The position numbers and the translations under genes are program-made. From the NCBI GenBank assembly GCA_951406725.2, contig OX597826.1, positions 77,376,001-77,440,000 on the forward strand: 64,000 nt of DNA, read 5' to 3'. Numbering within the stretch: position 1 is the stretch's first letter; each line of letters begins with the position of its first letter. The stretch comes from Octopus vulgaris (lineage: Eukaryota). Positions 12,821 to 25,676 of the stretch are shown here, piece after piece. The notes beneath the pieces were generated by a model. It was not told the origin of the DNA, did no database searches, and was given only the letters and a program-made list of their open reading frames with translations.

Positions 12821-13004
12821 ATAGCAGAAAGAAAGTCTGGGAAAAGGAGAGCGAGTGAGAGAGAGAGAAGGTGTGTGTGTGTGTGTGCATGGATTTCTCG
12901 TGTTAGAGAAAGATTCCATATTGATTCATGATATTGGAATATTCTGGAAGTAAAATATACTGAAGATAACTTACTGTTTTTGTGAAGATCCTTGCATTAC
13001 TGTA

Positions 13005-13435
13005 TTGATAAATATCCTCATTGATACATAATCACATTGGTAAAGATCCCTTTGGTACATAATTGTGTTGGTAAATATCCATTTGGTAGTGTTGTGATGG
13101 TAAATAAATATCCGTGTTGGCACATCATTCTTCGTAGATTTCCGTGGTAATTATATATTTTGATATTTATATTTAAAGGCAGATATCCATAGAGGTAAAT
13201 ATCCAGAGAAGAAATTTCCAAATCGGTATAAATCCTTGGAGACATAAATCCAAAAACGGTAATTTCAAAATACATCCTATGAGTTGAATATCATTAAAGA
13301 CAAATATCCAAAAACAGATATCCAAAGACGAATATATCATTATAGGTAGATATCCAAGGAGGCGTATATCCTGAGAAAAAGGGAAACACATAGTCAAAGT
13401 AGAACGTTTCATTAAAGACAAATATCCAAAAAAGG
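13005..13435. repeat. Degenerate array of the motif (A/G)ATATCC
   Basis: More than a dozen AAATATCC/AGATATCC/AAATCC units at irregular spacing of about 13-40 bp. Confidence 0.7.
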
Positions 13436-13479
13436 TACCTAGCCTGAGTGAGGGAGAAGGAGAAAGAGATCGAAAGGGG

Positions 13480-14850
13480 TTCGTTCATATCTTTAAAAGG
13501 CTAAGCATTCTTTCAAGTTTGGAGACAAATATTGTTTCGGCTACATGTGTTTAAAGAAACATATTCCTTAGAATTACGTGCCCTAAACGATGTGTTTTAT
13601 ATTCCTCTGTGTTACATATCAGAAGTATACAGTAGACGTCCTACATACTCCAGTAGGTGTCCAACGTATCGTTAGAGCTATATGTCGAAAAGTTTATTCT
13701 ACATTTTAGGAGGTATCTCATAATTGCCCTCATAAGTACATGATATATATATTTGTTGGTATTTATCGATAGCCATGATTTCGTTTGAGGTACGTATCCA
13801 TTCTGTTAAATATACCTGGTAGTAAGAATTCTTGTGTGGGCGTGAGATATTAGATTTAGTCATTGTTTTTTGTAGTGTTGGAGTGAAATAGAATTTCCTT
13901 ACTTTTTCTAGGCTTGCATAAATTAAGGTAAATGTCGGCCTAATGATTAATGAGTAAATATGACTTACTGTAGATGAGTGCTTGTAGGGCAAATTTTGCA
14001 GGACAAATTTTGCAGAAGGACAGAATCTTGAAGAATGGTATATGACTTTTGGAGGAGGCGCCAAAATGTTGCCAAAACGGTGATGGGAATGAAGTAAAGG
14101 CAGCACAGGAAGTCTCTCAAACTTAGAGAAGCAAAGGTGTAGGAAAGGTAAAGATGTGTAAGTTAATGAAAATATCAAAATGTACTTTTTCGTAATTAAT
14201 GTATGAATCCTTAAAGAATTAATTTTAGATTGTTTTTTTCTTTGTTTTATAAGTGTTTTCTTCCGTTTCCTTCCTCATTTTGAAATATCCTTACTGTTAG
14301 ACTGTATTAAAAAATCTCAAAGGTCATAAATCGCCATTTCATACATGATGCCGATGTTGTTATTGCTGTTATTGGTTTGGCTCAGGCTCGGTCTCATTCC
14401 TGGTAGGATTTCTGTGGGTAGCAAGTTATTAGCTGTAACCTTAGGTATCCACAAGTTTCCAGTAGTCTTTTTTAAGTGCTTAGAACCCTGCTGATAATCT
14501 CTGAGTTATAAATGTAAATTAACGTCCATGAATGTCACTCGGTTAAATTGATAAACTGGCATTTCAATTTCTTCTGTTGCATTTTCATCTCTACCAAGTA
14601 CACAGCTACGAAACATGTAGCGTTATAAGTCACATGTAGCGATATATGAATATATCTACATTCTGGTATAAATACTTTAAGTATGTCTACAATCTGTATT
14701 ACCAATTACTTTTGAATAAGACTTTCCATTTTTTCCTACATGAATATCTTCATATCGTTCCAGGAATATAAAGAATCTGACGTAAAAGTTTCTATATCGA
14801 GCAATTATCATTCAGAACTCATCAGATATTTCGACATGAGGTTAGGTTAT
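13480..14850 (-). mobile_element. Highly decayed Penelope-like RT/GIY-YIG remnant
   Basis: Frameshifted traces in PLE order: PK(H)-like, SPxLANI-like, LPF-like, QNGY, YVG...TSFR. Confidence 0.35.
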
Positions 14851-16149
14851 TCATTTTTTCTTTTCTTTTTATTTTTACTGTTTTCGAATTATGAGTTACA
14901 TTCTAGCAGTTGTGTGTGTGTTCGTGCGTCTAAGTGTATATATATGTATATGCCCATTCATATAACAGATTCTACAACATATTTTGTTCATGTGTAATAC
15001 ATACAACATTCAGTTTTGATTTCGTTGTTGATTTTCTTTTTAATAAATTCCAGAAAGATTTGCTTTCAAACAAATAAGCGTCCATATTTTCTATTATTCC
15101 ACCAAGAAACATTTTTCACATAATATCCATGATTATATCCTCGTATGGATTTTCCCTCTGAAATGCACGGTTTTCCAGCTTGCAACAGAATTTCCGACAT
15201 ATTATTTTGCTTTTCTGAATAAGTAAACAATTTAAACATATATCCTGTTTGTGGTATATGTAATTTCTTCTTTTGATATCCCATATTATATGTGATGTGT
15301 CTGATATGCCATAATATATATTGTTGAGCAGAACATGTGTATGCCCATCGCGATAAAGTTTAGATATTCAGATTCCATAACAGATATCTATCGTGTGAAT
15401 GTGTGTGTGTGGTTATATAAATATAGATACACATGTATGTGTGTGTATATATATACACACACACACACACATATGTGTATTTATATATATATATACATAT
15501 GTGTATTTATATATATATATTTCTGTTGAATATCATATTTCATGCGTATATCTTTTTTAACATACAATCCATGTAAAGTGTTATCCTCTATGATAACATG
15601 ATGTAGATTTTTTTTATTACGAGGCAACTTCCATACGATCTAGTCTAGAAACAGCAGTTAAATCCTCCCTAATCACATCCCATTGTCTTAAAGGAGGAAG
15701 GATATATATAAAGATGTTGTATTCTAAGATACACTATGCCAGTCGATCAAGATTGATTCCAAGCCATACCACAGCGACGACAACAATGGCAATATCTTTA
15801 ACCATGTTATACTTTGAATATCCCATTTCATTTGTATATCTTTAACCGTGTATAATCCGTGAATCTTTTCGGACTCTTCGCAGTTATAATATGTATGTAT
15901 GTTTCATATAACATATCATGAGTTAATTTCTTCTTAAAATCTATATTTTTTAATGACATTGTTTTCTTTTCTGTCCAAAGACCAAAATGTACTTTTCTAT
16001 TATGGCTGACTTCTTGGGAAGATAAAAAAAAAGAAGCTGCAATCCATCACGCTTCCTTCAGAGTCTTCGCCGTTAATAGAACAATTGAAGACTTGATTTA
16101 TATTCTGGTAACAGACTGGGCTTCGCTGAGGGTACTCAAGGCTCGGATG

Positions 16150-16425
16150 TTGTTGTTGTTGCTGCTGGTAGTGGTGGTGGGTTAGGAGCTGTTGTTGTTG
16201 ATGTTGTTGTTGGTGGTGGTTGTTGTTGACGTTGTTGCTGGTAGTGGTGGTTGTTGTTGTTGTTGATGTTGGTGGTGGTGGTAGTGGTGATGGTTGTTGA
16301 TGTTGGTGGTGGTCCTGGTCGTGATGGTCATGATGGTTGGTGGTGGTTGTGGTCATCGTCGTCGTTATGGTTGTAGTAATCGCAGTGGTGGTCGCAGTGG
16401 TGGTCGTGGCTGGTGACGGTGGTGG
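16150..16425. repeat. (GTT/GGT)n trinucleotide tract
   Basis: Gives the T/H/Q-rich ORF 16000-16476(-) and the poly-V ORF on the plus strand. Confidence 0.85.
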
Positions 16426-16802
16426 CTTCAGAAAAGCGGTCGGTGCGAACAGTTTAGCGCATCCAAGACAGGACATGGCAGAACGAAGTTACAGCCTGAA
16501 TAAGAATTCCAAGACTCTCCATGTTGCCCACGTGACCCAACGAATTGCAATGGCATCAATTCACTCGTACAAAAGAGTTCCAATGTTAAATAACATCGAA
16601 TGCAAATAGCCTTTTAGTTTTTCATGACGAAATCGATTTCAAGTTTCGATTGTTCGCTTTTTTATATTACTGTTGTGGTTCTTGTTGTGGTGGTTCTTTT
16701 TGTTGTGGTGGATGTTGTTGTTGTTGCTGCTGCTGTTGTTGTTGTTATTAGAGCTTTTTTTGTTTGTTTTCTTTTGAATCTTTTCACTTTCTAGTTGCAA
16801 AT

Positions 16803-16840
16803 TCATGAACTCTGCATAGTATGCCCGAGCAAACCTACAT
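16803..16840 (-). CDS. Possible coding part of a terminal exon (phase 1: xVGLLGHTMQSS*)
   Basis: TTTGTGTTTAG acceptor at 16842-16841 after (TG)n, followed by UTR-like (CAA)n-rich and unique sequence. Confidence 0.15.
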
Positions 16841-16915
16841 CTAAACACAAACGCACACACACACACACACACACGGATCCAAACACACAGTACACGTACA
16901 CACAAACTTACATCA

Positions 16916-16950
<35 letters not shown>

Positions 16951-17389
16951 TATAAAATAAACATCAGTGCACAAAACACGAATGATTAAACACAAATCCA
17001 AAGAGGCGAATACACATACACTAAAACTTACATGAACACACAAACAAACACACATACACACACAGAAGCTTGGACCAACACACACACACACACACGCACA
17101 CACACACAGAAGCATGAACCAACACACACACACACAGAAGCATGAACCAACACACACACACACGCACACATGTGTGTCACTTGGTTATCAAATACAAAAA
17201 ACAGAAAAAGTTAACATCTTGTGAACAAGAGAAGTTATTGAATAAAATATCAGAGTTCTTTCAAATATTTATTTGATAACAATTAGTTGCTGTTCGCTTC
17301 AAACACATCATTATTGATAAAGAACACAGAAAAATATTACTGTTGACAAGTCAAAATCTAAATTATATCCGACAGTGAATTATATATAA

Positions 17390-17429
<40 letters not shown>

Positions 17430-17872
17430 CATACATATAAATTTATATATACCATATATATACATACATGCATATATATATATATATATACACACATACA
17501 AAGATATACATCTATGTGTGTGTGCATGTATGCATATATATGTATATATGTGTGTATATATGTGTATATCTATCTATATATACACGTGTATTATGTACAC
17601 ACACATAAATGCACATACACAGAAATATATGGCAATGGTTGCCGAGGTGAATAGTCACCAAAATAACACGTGGCAAATATTCAGATAGTCTCTGTTTCGT
17701 ACATCTGAGATCCGTTCTTTTACTTTCTTTGACTGACATACACAACAAGTCATAGCACCGAATACCGTTTGAATCGTTGTGCACTCGTTTTCATTAAATA
17801 TCACGCGTAAATGAATTACGTTTCATGTGTCCAAGTTTATAACCAATTCTATACGCGTGTGTATGTATATAT

Positions 17873-18329
17873 ATTCTTTTATTTTATTTCTGTCAGTCGT
17901 TTGACTGCGGCCATGCTGGAGCACTGCCTTTAGTCGAACGGATCGACCGCAGGACTTACTCTTCGTAAGCGTAGTACTTGTTCTATCGGTCTCTTTTGCA
18001 GAACTGCTGAGTTACGGGGACGTAAACACACTAACATTGGTTGTCAAGCGATGCTGAGGGGAGAAACATGAACATATATATGTGTGTGCGTGTATGAATG
18101 TACATGTATGTATATATATATATGTGTGTGTGTGTGTGTATAAATGTACATGTATGTGTATATATATATATATACACGACATGCTTCTTTCAGCTTCCGT
18201 CTACCAAATCCGCTCACAAGGGTTTGGGCGGCACTAGGCTATTGAACACACTTGCCCAAGGTGGCACGCAGTGTGACTAAACCCGGAACCATGTGGCTGG
18301 TAAGCAAGCTACTTACTGCACAGCCACTC
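17873..18329 (-). mobile_element. SINE family A copy
   Basis: Full-length homology to 30670-31060. Confidence 0.9.
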
Positions 18330-18339
18330 GACACACACA

Positions 18340-18386
<47 letters not shown>

Positions 18387-18439
18387 GTTTAAATATTTGT
18401 TGTGCAAGATTTTTTATGTGAAGTCGTGTGTTGAAACAG

Positions 18440-18572
18440 ATATTGTTATATTTCGGAATGGTCATATTGCCAGTTTAGCCAATAAAAACACACGCACTAT
18501 ATAAAATAACACCAAATATATAGTGCGTGTGTTTTTATTGGCTAAACTGGCAATATGACCATTCCGAAATAT

Positions 18573-18580
<8 letters not shown>
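18440..18580. repeat. Perfect 64-bp inverted repeat with 13-nt spacer, in an element between (TA)n tracts
   Basis: 18440-18503 is the exact reverse complement of 18517-18580. Confidence 0.95.
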
Positions 18581-18607
<27 letters not shown>

Positions 18608-18706
18608 TAATCCAAACATGAAAACACAAAGAGAAAACACAACAACGCGAGGACATGGAACAAATATAGAATTATTGGACGCTCAAGAAAGAAGGAAAGA
18701 AAGAGG

Positions 18707-18741
18707 GTTTAACGTTTCGAGCGGAGCTCTTCGTGAGAAAC
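18707..18741 (-). ncRNA. Hammerhead motif with a core mutation
   Basis: GUUU-CUCACGA-A-GAGC-UCC-GCUC-GAAA-CG-UU-AAAC; CUGA changed to CUCA. Confidence 0.55.
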
Positions 18742-18887
18742 ATAGGAAAAGGAAAGATCCAAAGAAGGGAAATCGGAGGAAAAAAGTCGCCAGCGATACA
18801 CACGCGGTCACAATACATATGCATATATGTATATATGCGTGTGTGTCTGAGTATGTATGTATGTATGTATATATGTATGTATGTATG

Positions 18888-19100
18888 AGGACACATGCCT
18901 AGAGTTTAGGGTATTGCACTCACGACCACGAGATTGTGCTTTCAGTTCCTAGACTGCGAGTTCAGTTCCTATACCGGGTGGTCTAGCTGTGATTACTTCG
19001 ATTCCTGATGTGTGTTTTACACCGTACCTCTATAAGCAAAGCCTTTGTTCGTTCGGCAAAGAGCTGAACGCTCATACATCGTTTTAGACGGGGCAGTTAG
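18888..19100 (+). mobile_element. SINE family C copy (decayed)
   Basis: Head GGACACATGCCTAGAGTTTAGGG..GCACTCACGA homologous to 11555. Confidence 0.55.
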
Positions 19101-19506
19101 GATCAGAGTTATATATATCACCTGGGTTGACCAGACTGTCGAATGTTGGTTCACTATGCACATCAGTTTCTTTCGCTCTGAGACCAAATCGTTTAACAAA
19201 ATTGTCTTCATACCGTGGTGGATGCCTTCCGAGTGGCTTTTCCGAACACTTGGACGCCGGTAGGCAACTGCATGGGTTCGCCTACTATCTGTGAACCTTT
19301 CAACATGTCTAGCCCGGCGAAACTTGTGTTTTCCGTATATTGCAGGAATCTAGATAGATAGACAGATAGATATATATATAGCCAGAGAAATAGATAGATA
19401 CATACATACATACATACATACATACATACATACATACATACATACATACATACATACATACATACATACATACATACATACATACATGCATACATACATA
19501 CAGAAA

Positions 19507-19880
19507 TCTTTTATGCTTAAATTCCTTCAGTCTTAGACTGTGGCCAAGCTGGGGCATTGCCTTGAAGAACTTGTAGTCAAATGAATCAACCCCAGAACCT
19601 GTCTTTGAAGCCTGCAACTTTTGTTCTAGGCTTATTTCGCCGAACCGCTAGGTAACGGGGATGTAAGCATACCAACATCGGTTGTTAAGTGGTGGAGGAG
19701 GACAAAGTGACAAAGTTACACATGCGCGCGCGAGCGACGAGATACTCTGTCAACGAAATCCACTTACATGGTTTTGGTCGGCCCAAAGCTATAGTAGAAA
19801 ATATTTGCCTCATGGGCCACAGAGTGGGACTGAACTCAGAACCATGTGGTCGAGAAGCTACACAGACACTTCTGTGCCTT
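19507..19880 (-). mobile_element. SINE family A copy (diverged)
   Basis: GCCGAACCGCTAGGTAACGGGG and GTGGGACTGAACTCAGAACCATGTGG. Confidence 0.8.
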
Positions 19881-20081
19881 ATGTGTGTGTGTGTGTGTGT
19901 GTAGTTTCAAATTCTAAACAAATTTTTCCAAGAATACAGTCTGAGTAACCAGTGCTTCGTGAAGGAATCTGGGGAAAAGTATGTTATGTCACCAACATGT
20001 AAATCGATTTTATCGTAAGCTTTCTGATATTTATCGACTATTCACGGTACTAGATTATGATCTACAAAACGTTTAGCCGAA

Positions 20082-20141
<60 letters not shown>

Positions 20142-20159
20142 TATTATTATTATTATTAT

Positions 20160-22140
20160 TACCTTTGCACAGCTTCTAACGCTGGAGATGTCAGCTGTTC
20201 ACTGCTAGTGAACTAAAGTAACAGCTCTTATTTTTCGAGCACCTTCCGGAGTATTCAAGCGGTTCCAAGCAGTGCTGTTTTTTTTTTCTGCAAGTGCTCC
20301 ACCCTTAATGCATCCCCTGTTTGTTCGATGTACTTCTCAAGATTTTGCTCACTGTTCCCAGGGCTCCGACAATTATTGGTACTACTGCTACCTTTTTCCA
20401 TCGACCACAACTGCTCAACTTCCCAAGCTAACCTGTCATATCTCTCGACTTTTCTTTCTTCCTTATCGCATACCTTCTTGTCAGCTGGGCATGCTATATC
20501 TATGATCCAGCATAGTTTGTTTTCTTTCTCAATTAAGACTATGTCCTGCTTTCTATTCTCAATTACATGGTTGCACTGAATCATAAAATCCCATAGGATC
20601 TTTGCTTTTCTATTTTCGACAATGCCTTCAGGTTGGTGGTCGTACCAATTTTTTGCTCTGTCAAGTCCATACTTGTTGCAGAGTGTCCAGTGGACAAGCC
20701 TGGCTATATCGTCTTGGTGTTTCTTATATTCCTTCTGGGCTGGTAATATGCCATATGGTTTCACCGTTTTGTCCACATATTCTGCACTTATCACTTTCTA
20801 ATGTGTTGTCTATTCTGTATTTTATGTGGTTTGTTCTTAGTGCTTGCTCTGGGGCAGCAAATATTATGGCCTCCGTTTCTGGTTTTAAATCACTTTTAGT
20901 CATCCACAGCCATCTTTTTTCTCTGTCTTATCTTCAACATCCCTATGAAATTGTCTTTGCATTCTTTTCTTTACCCACCAATTTTCAGCTTCATTCGTTT
21001 TCAATTTCTTGTATAGTGCTTTATCTTTGCAATCTTTCATCCTACACAAGCCTAGCCTTCCTAATTCCAGTAATAGCGGTTCTGTGGCATTTTTTACATA
21101 CCGTGCTATGTTGTCTTCTTCTGCTTTAATGCTGAGTTCGCATCCAATAAGTCCTCTTCCCTTTCCTTTTCTTGGTACGTACAGTCTGTCTGTGTCACTT
21201 TTTGGGTGGATTGACCCATATCTAGTTAGCAACTTCCTTGTCTTTCTGTCTAAGCTGTTTAGTTCGTCTGCTGTCCACGAGATTACCCCTGCTCCATATC
21301 TAAAATGTGAAACCACCTAGGTGTTGATAGTTTCGATCTTATTCCTTCCGTTTAATTTCAGCTTAAGGATCAGTCTCAGTCTGCGTATAAATTTTTCTGT
21401 CATTTCTTTCTCCATTAATTTATCCATTTCCAAAATCCCCAAGTACTTATAGCCCGTCTCTTCTATCTGTTTCATAACCTGCCCCGACGGTATCGTCAGT
21501 CCGTCCATACATTTGATTTTGCCTCTTTTCTATACTAACACACCACACTTTCTCAGTCGGAACTCCATTCTGATATCAGTACTGAATGTATACACCATAT
21601 CAGCGAGGGAACTGACTTGGGCTTCATCTTTACCATAAAGTTTGAGGCCATCCATGAGTAGCAGATGGTTGACTTTTTGTTGGCGGCGTTTGAATACACA
21701 CCCAGCTTTTGCATTCCTCAGAATCAGTGACAGTAGTATCAAGCACAGTACAAAGATCAGTGGGGACTGGCAATCACCTTGGAAGATGCCTCTCTCCTAA
21801 TTTCTACTGTCCCTAAGCTTCTTCCGTGTGCTGTCAGGTCCGTCCTCCAATTCGCCATACTTTTTCCAAGCAATCACTCAACATTCAATGCGGTCCCAAA
21901 CAGGTTCATACACTCCATAATCAAAGAATGTGGGATCATATCGTGCGCCTTACGATAGTCGATCCATGACATGGCTAAGTTACTTTTCCTCCTCTTGCAG
22001 TCCCTGAGTACAGTTTTATCTATCAGAAGTTGATCCTTGGTACCTCTGCACTTACGCTTGCAACCCTTCTGCTCATGTGGCAAGACTCCATTTTTTTCTA
22101 GATGTTCGTACATTAACTCTGGGAGTTTTCCAGTCAATAT
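20160..22140 (-). mobile_element. R4/Dong-clade non-LTR retrotransposon, RT plus RLE, frameshifted
   Basis: [39 protein letters not shown](G)LKLY, YKYLGILE, RLYVPRKGKGRGL, ILWDF...RKQDIVL...IIDIACP; 3' end abuts (ATT)n at 20083-20160. Confidence 0.92.
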
Positions 22141-22267
22141 GTACGAAGTCCAGTATACCCATCATGATTAACTGTCTGATAAGGGTACACTAGGCACATG
22201 AATCACAACCATATGTGCGCGACATGGTGATCTCATATCAAGATTAACAGCGTGTTACTATTATTTT

Positions 22268-22498
22268 TAGAGCGATGAGCTGGCAGAATCGTTTGCACGC
22301 CGGGCGAAATGCTTGGCGGTATTTCATCTGCCGTTACGTTCTGAGTTCGAATTCTGCCGAGGTCGACTTTACCTTTCATTCTTTCGAGATTGATTAAATA
22401 AGTATCAGTTACGCACTGGAGTCCATGTAATAGACTTAATCCCTTTGTCTGTCTTTGTTTGTCCCCTCTATGTTTAGCCCCCTGTGGACAATACAGAA

Positions 22499-22500
<2 letters not shown>
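22268..22500 (+). mobile_element. SINE family B (tRNA head plus Meta-like domain)
   Basis: GAGCTGGCAGAATCGTT A-box, GAGTTCGAATTC B-box, GTCGACTTTACCTTTCATTCTTTCG. Confidence 0.85.
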
Positions 22501-22559
<59 letters not shown>

Positions 22560-22689
22560 GTTTTCTTTTTGATTGCCGTTTTAAAATGTTCCTTTTGCTT
22601 TTTGTTTTTGTTTTTGATTTTTTTAGGGTTTTTGCTTTTGCTGTCTTTGTTCGTTTTTCTTTTCTTTTCTTTTTTGTTTCTTATTCAGT

Positions 22690-22990
22690 ACATCTTAATT
22701 TTCCGTCACCAGCCTCCTGCTTCTTAAACCACTTCTTAAACTTCTTTGATCCAGATTCCGGCCAAGGATTTCATTGCTGCTTTGGCCTCTGGCATATCCT
22801 TTCCTGATGTTCCTCTTCATTCTTCAGTTGTTTAAAGAATTTTCTTTCGTTGTTCCTCAAGATACTAATCTATTCTCTGTTGTTATCTGTTTTCTTCTTA
22901 TTTTTGCTATTTACTCGACACTGCTTTTATTCTTTGTTTTAGTTCCTCTTTAACTGCTTGCAATCACTTGCGCCATGTTGAACTTCCTAT
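22690..22990 (-). mobile_element. Upstream ORF fragment of an R4/Dong LINE
   Basis: Lys/Glu-rich decayed frame (EELKQRIK...) near (ATT)n at 22498-22560, same orientation as the 20160 element. Confidence 0.5.
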
Positions 22991-23559
22991 GTGTGTTTTC
23001 TGGCACACAAGTCAACGTAGCGTAAACATTTAAAAGTCGTCCCTGTCGATCCAAATCCTCTAGCATTTCCCATTTTGGTCCGCCAAGTTTGATTTCCTGA
23101 ATAAGTCGACTTAACCTTTTTTATTATTGTAAATTTTGGTTTGAAATTTTTGACTCTTTTACTGGGAAATTAGTAAGCAGATGATGGAAAGCGGAATCAC
23201 GTAGTTTACTAAGTTAACTTCTTACGCCGACGACTATTTTTATTTAAAATGATGTACTTTTGTGACAGATAAAACGCCGCACCGAGGGTAGATTTGGAAC
23301 CTATGATATTGCGACATATAAGCTAATATTCTCTCGACATGGGATTGTATAATTAACAAATTAAAACTAAGAGCTGAAACGAAATAAATAATAAAACAAA
23401 ATAAAGAATATTAAAAACAAATTTTTTGCTAAAGAAACAAAATCTCTCTTCAAAGGAAAAAGTAGCCATCTTTTTTTTTCATTTCTTTTTTGCTGCAACA
23501 CAACACACGTAATGTAGAGAGGCGGATAATAGATGGTCGAATACATATAAAGACATATG

Positions 23560-23841
23560 TACACACACACATATACCTATATATATGTGTATATATATGT
23601 ATACGTATGTATGTGTGTATATATATATATGTATGTATATATGAGTGTATGTATGTATGTATATATGAGTGTATGTATGTATGTATATATGAGTGTATGT
23701 ATGTATGCATATATGAATGTATGTATGTATGTATATATGAATGTATGTATGTATGTATATATGAATGTATGTATGTATATATGAATGTATATATGTATGT
23801 ATGTATATATGAATGTATATATGTATGTATATATGCATGTA

Positions 23842-23898
<57 letters not shown>

Positions 23899-24082
23899 AT
23901 ATGTATATATATATGTGTGTGTGTATGTATATATATATGTGTATATGTATATATATATGTGTGTGTGTATGTATATATATATGTGTATATGTATATATAT
24001 ATGTGTGTGTGTATATATATATATATGTGTGTGTGTATGTATATGTGTATATATATATATGTGTGTGTGTGTGCGTGTGTAT
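23560..24082. repeat. Compound (TA)/(TATG)/(TG) microsatellite with internal repeats of about 24 bp
   Basis: Repeated ATATGAGTGTATGTATGTATGTAT units; source of several spurious ORFs. Confidence 0.95.
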
Positions 24083-24312
24083 GAGAAAAGGGAAGAATTT
24101 ACCACTCCGTCTCTAACCACATTTCTCGTAAATAATTCCATTTGAAGGATTACGCAATATATTTGGTTGAGTATGCCAGAGTGGGACTTCTAACAGACTA
24201 ACATTAAGTCATGCCTCTTTGCTTTTGGCGTAAAATATGCAGTTGCTATTGCTTACATAGGAACAGAAAACAGAGCAATAAGTACAATAATAACAACAAC
24301 AACAACAACAAA

Positions 24313-24342
<30 letters not shown>

Positions 24343-24344
<2 letters not shown>

Positions 24345-24770
24345 TGCCCTGATGTAGTACCAGGCATTGGCTCTCATTGCTTCTGATATTAACTGATTGG
24401 AAGTGTTATCATGTACATGGTTTTGTCTTGGTATAAAAGATGGACTGCAGCAAATATTCTGCTCAATACCACAGATTTGATTGTCACTTGTTTGACCTTA
24501 ACCAGTTGGGCATGTCCCTTAGTGGCTGACGATATGGGCATCTCTGATCATGAGCTGAAGTAATAGGGGAGCATCATAGCTATGTGTTGAGAGGAATCAT
24601 TTGGAGTTAGAGTGATTCACTTCTGGAAACATGGGTGTTTTGTTCAACATTCTTGAACAACCCTTATTCAGGGATCTTTTGAGCGGGATGGGCTACTCCA
24701 CCAGAAGAAAATTCTAACTGGGCCCCACTTGCAAGGTCATGCGCTGTTTATCTTTATATGTGATCATCAT
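24343..24770. mobile_element. Second copy of the (AAT)n-associated non-coding repeat
   Basis: Reverse complement of about 625-988; starts directly after (AAC)n(AAT)n. Confidence 0.8.
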
Positions 24771-25425
24771 GGCCCTAACCACTGGGCCATTGCGCTTCCA
24801 CACAATATAATATATATATATATATATAAATTAGAAAAAAATCACCTTTTATCAATTCAAAATGAACAATTAAATTACACAATCTAGAAAATTACATATA
24901 ATAGAAAATTAAGATAACAATAAAATATCAATAATTAAGTAAATTGCAAAACAATAATAAAAACGTATATAATTATGTTTCATCTTGTATGTATGTATAT
25001 ATATATATATACACACACAAGATGGAATAAAAGCTAGCAACTAAACATAGATTGCCTGCGTGAAAGTTGCGTGGTACATCAGTTCACGCCGTTGAATTAG
25101 ATTTCAAAACAAACAATATGAATAATCGCATCTCAAATCTCATATTGATCTCGCATCGCTACAGGCAGGCTACTTGAATGAATGCTTTCAGCCATTGGTC
25201 TGATCCACCTTCAAAGTGAAATTTGGTAGAAGAAAACTGTGCGGAACACGCACACGCATGCATTGACGAAAGGTACAAACATCGGCGAGAAAATAACTCT
25301 TTTTGAACGAAGTCCATTGGTGCATTATTCTGCTCCACCAAGCTACAGACATTTTGCTGTCAGTTCCACTGTCATATACGAAATGACCAATGGATGGATA
25401 GTCGGAAACGTTTAACCAACGGAGT

Positions 25426-25676
25426 GGAGGCGCGCGGCTTAGTGGTCAGGATGTCAGCACCATGATCGGAAGATTGTTGTTTCGATTCCTGGACCGGGTG
25501 ACGCGTTGTGTTCTTGAGCAAAACACTTCATTTCACGTTGCTCCCGTCCACTCAGCTGGCAAAAATGAGTAATGCTGCGATGGACTGGGATGCCGTCCAG
25601 CTGAGGAACACACGCGCCATAGAAACCGGGAAACCGGGCCCATGAGCCTGGCTAGGGTTTAAAAAGAGCGCATTTT
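25426..25676 (+). mobile_element. SINE family C (tRNA head, CORE-like TTGAGCAAAACACTT, V-like GCGATGGACTGG...GTCCAG)
   Basis: A and B boxes; the insertion (with a short family-B tail) is flanked by the direct repeat AACGTTTAACCAACGGAG at about 25407 and 25706. Confidence 0.85.

Noticed and set aside
16000-16476. 158-aa ORF with a good start context (GCCATGT)
   Set aside because: Mostly triplet repeat, no recognisable domain and no strong donor before the stop
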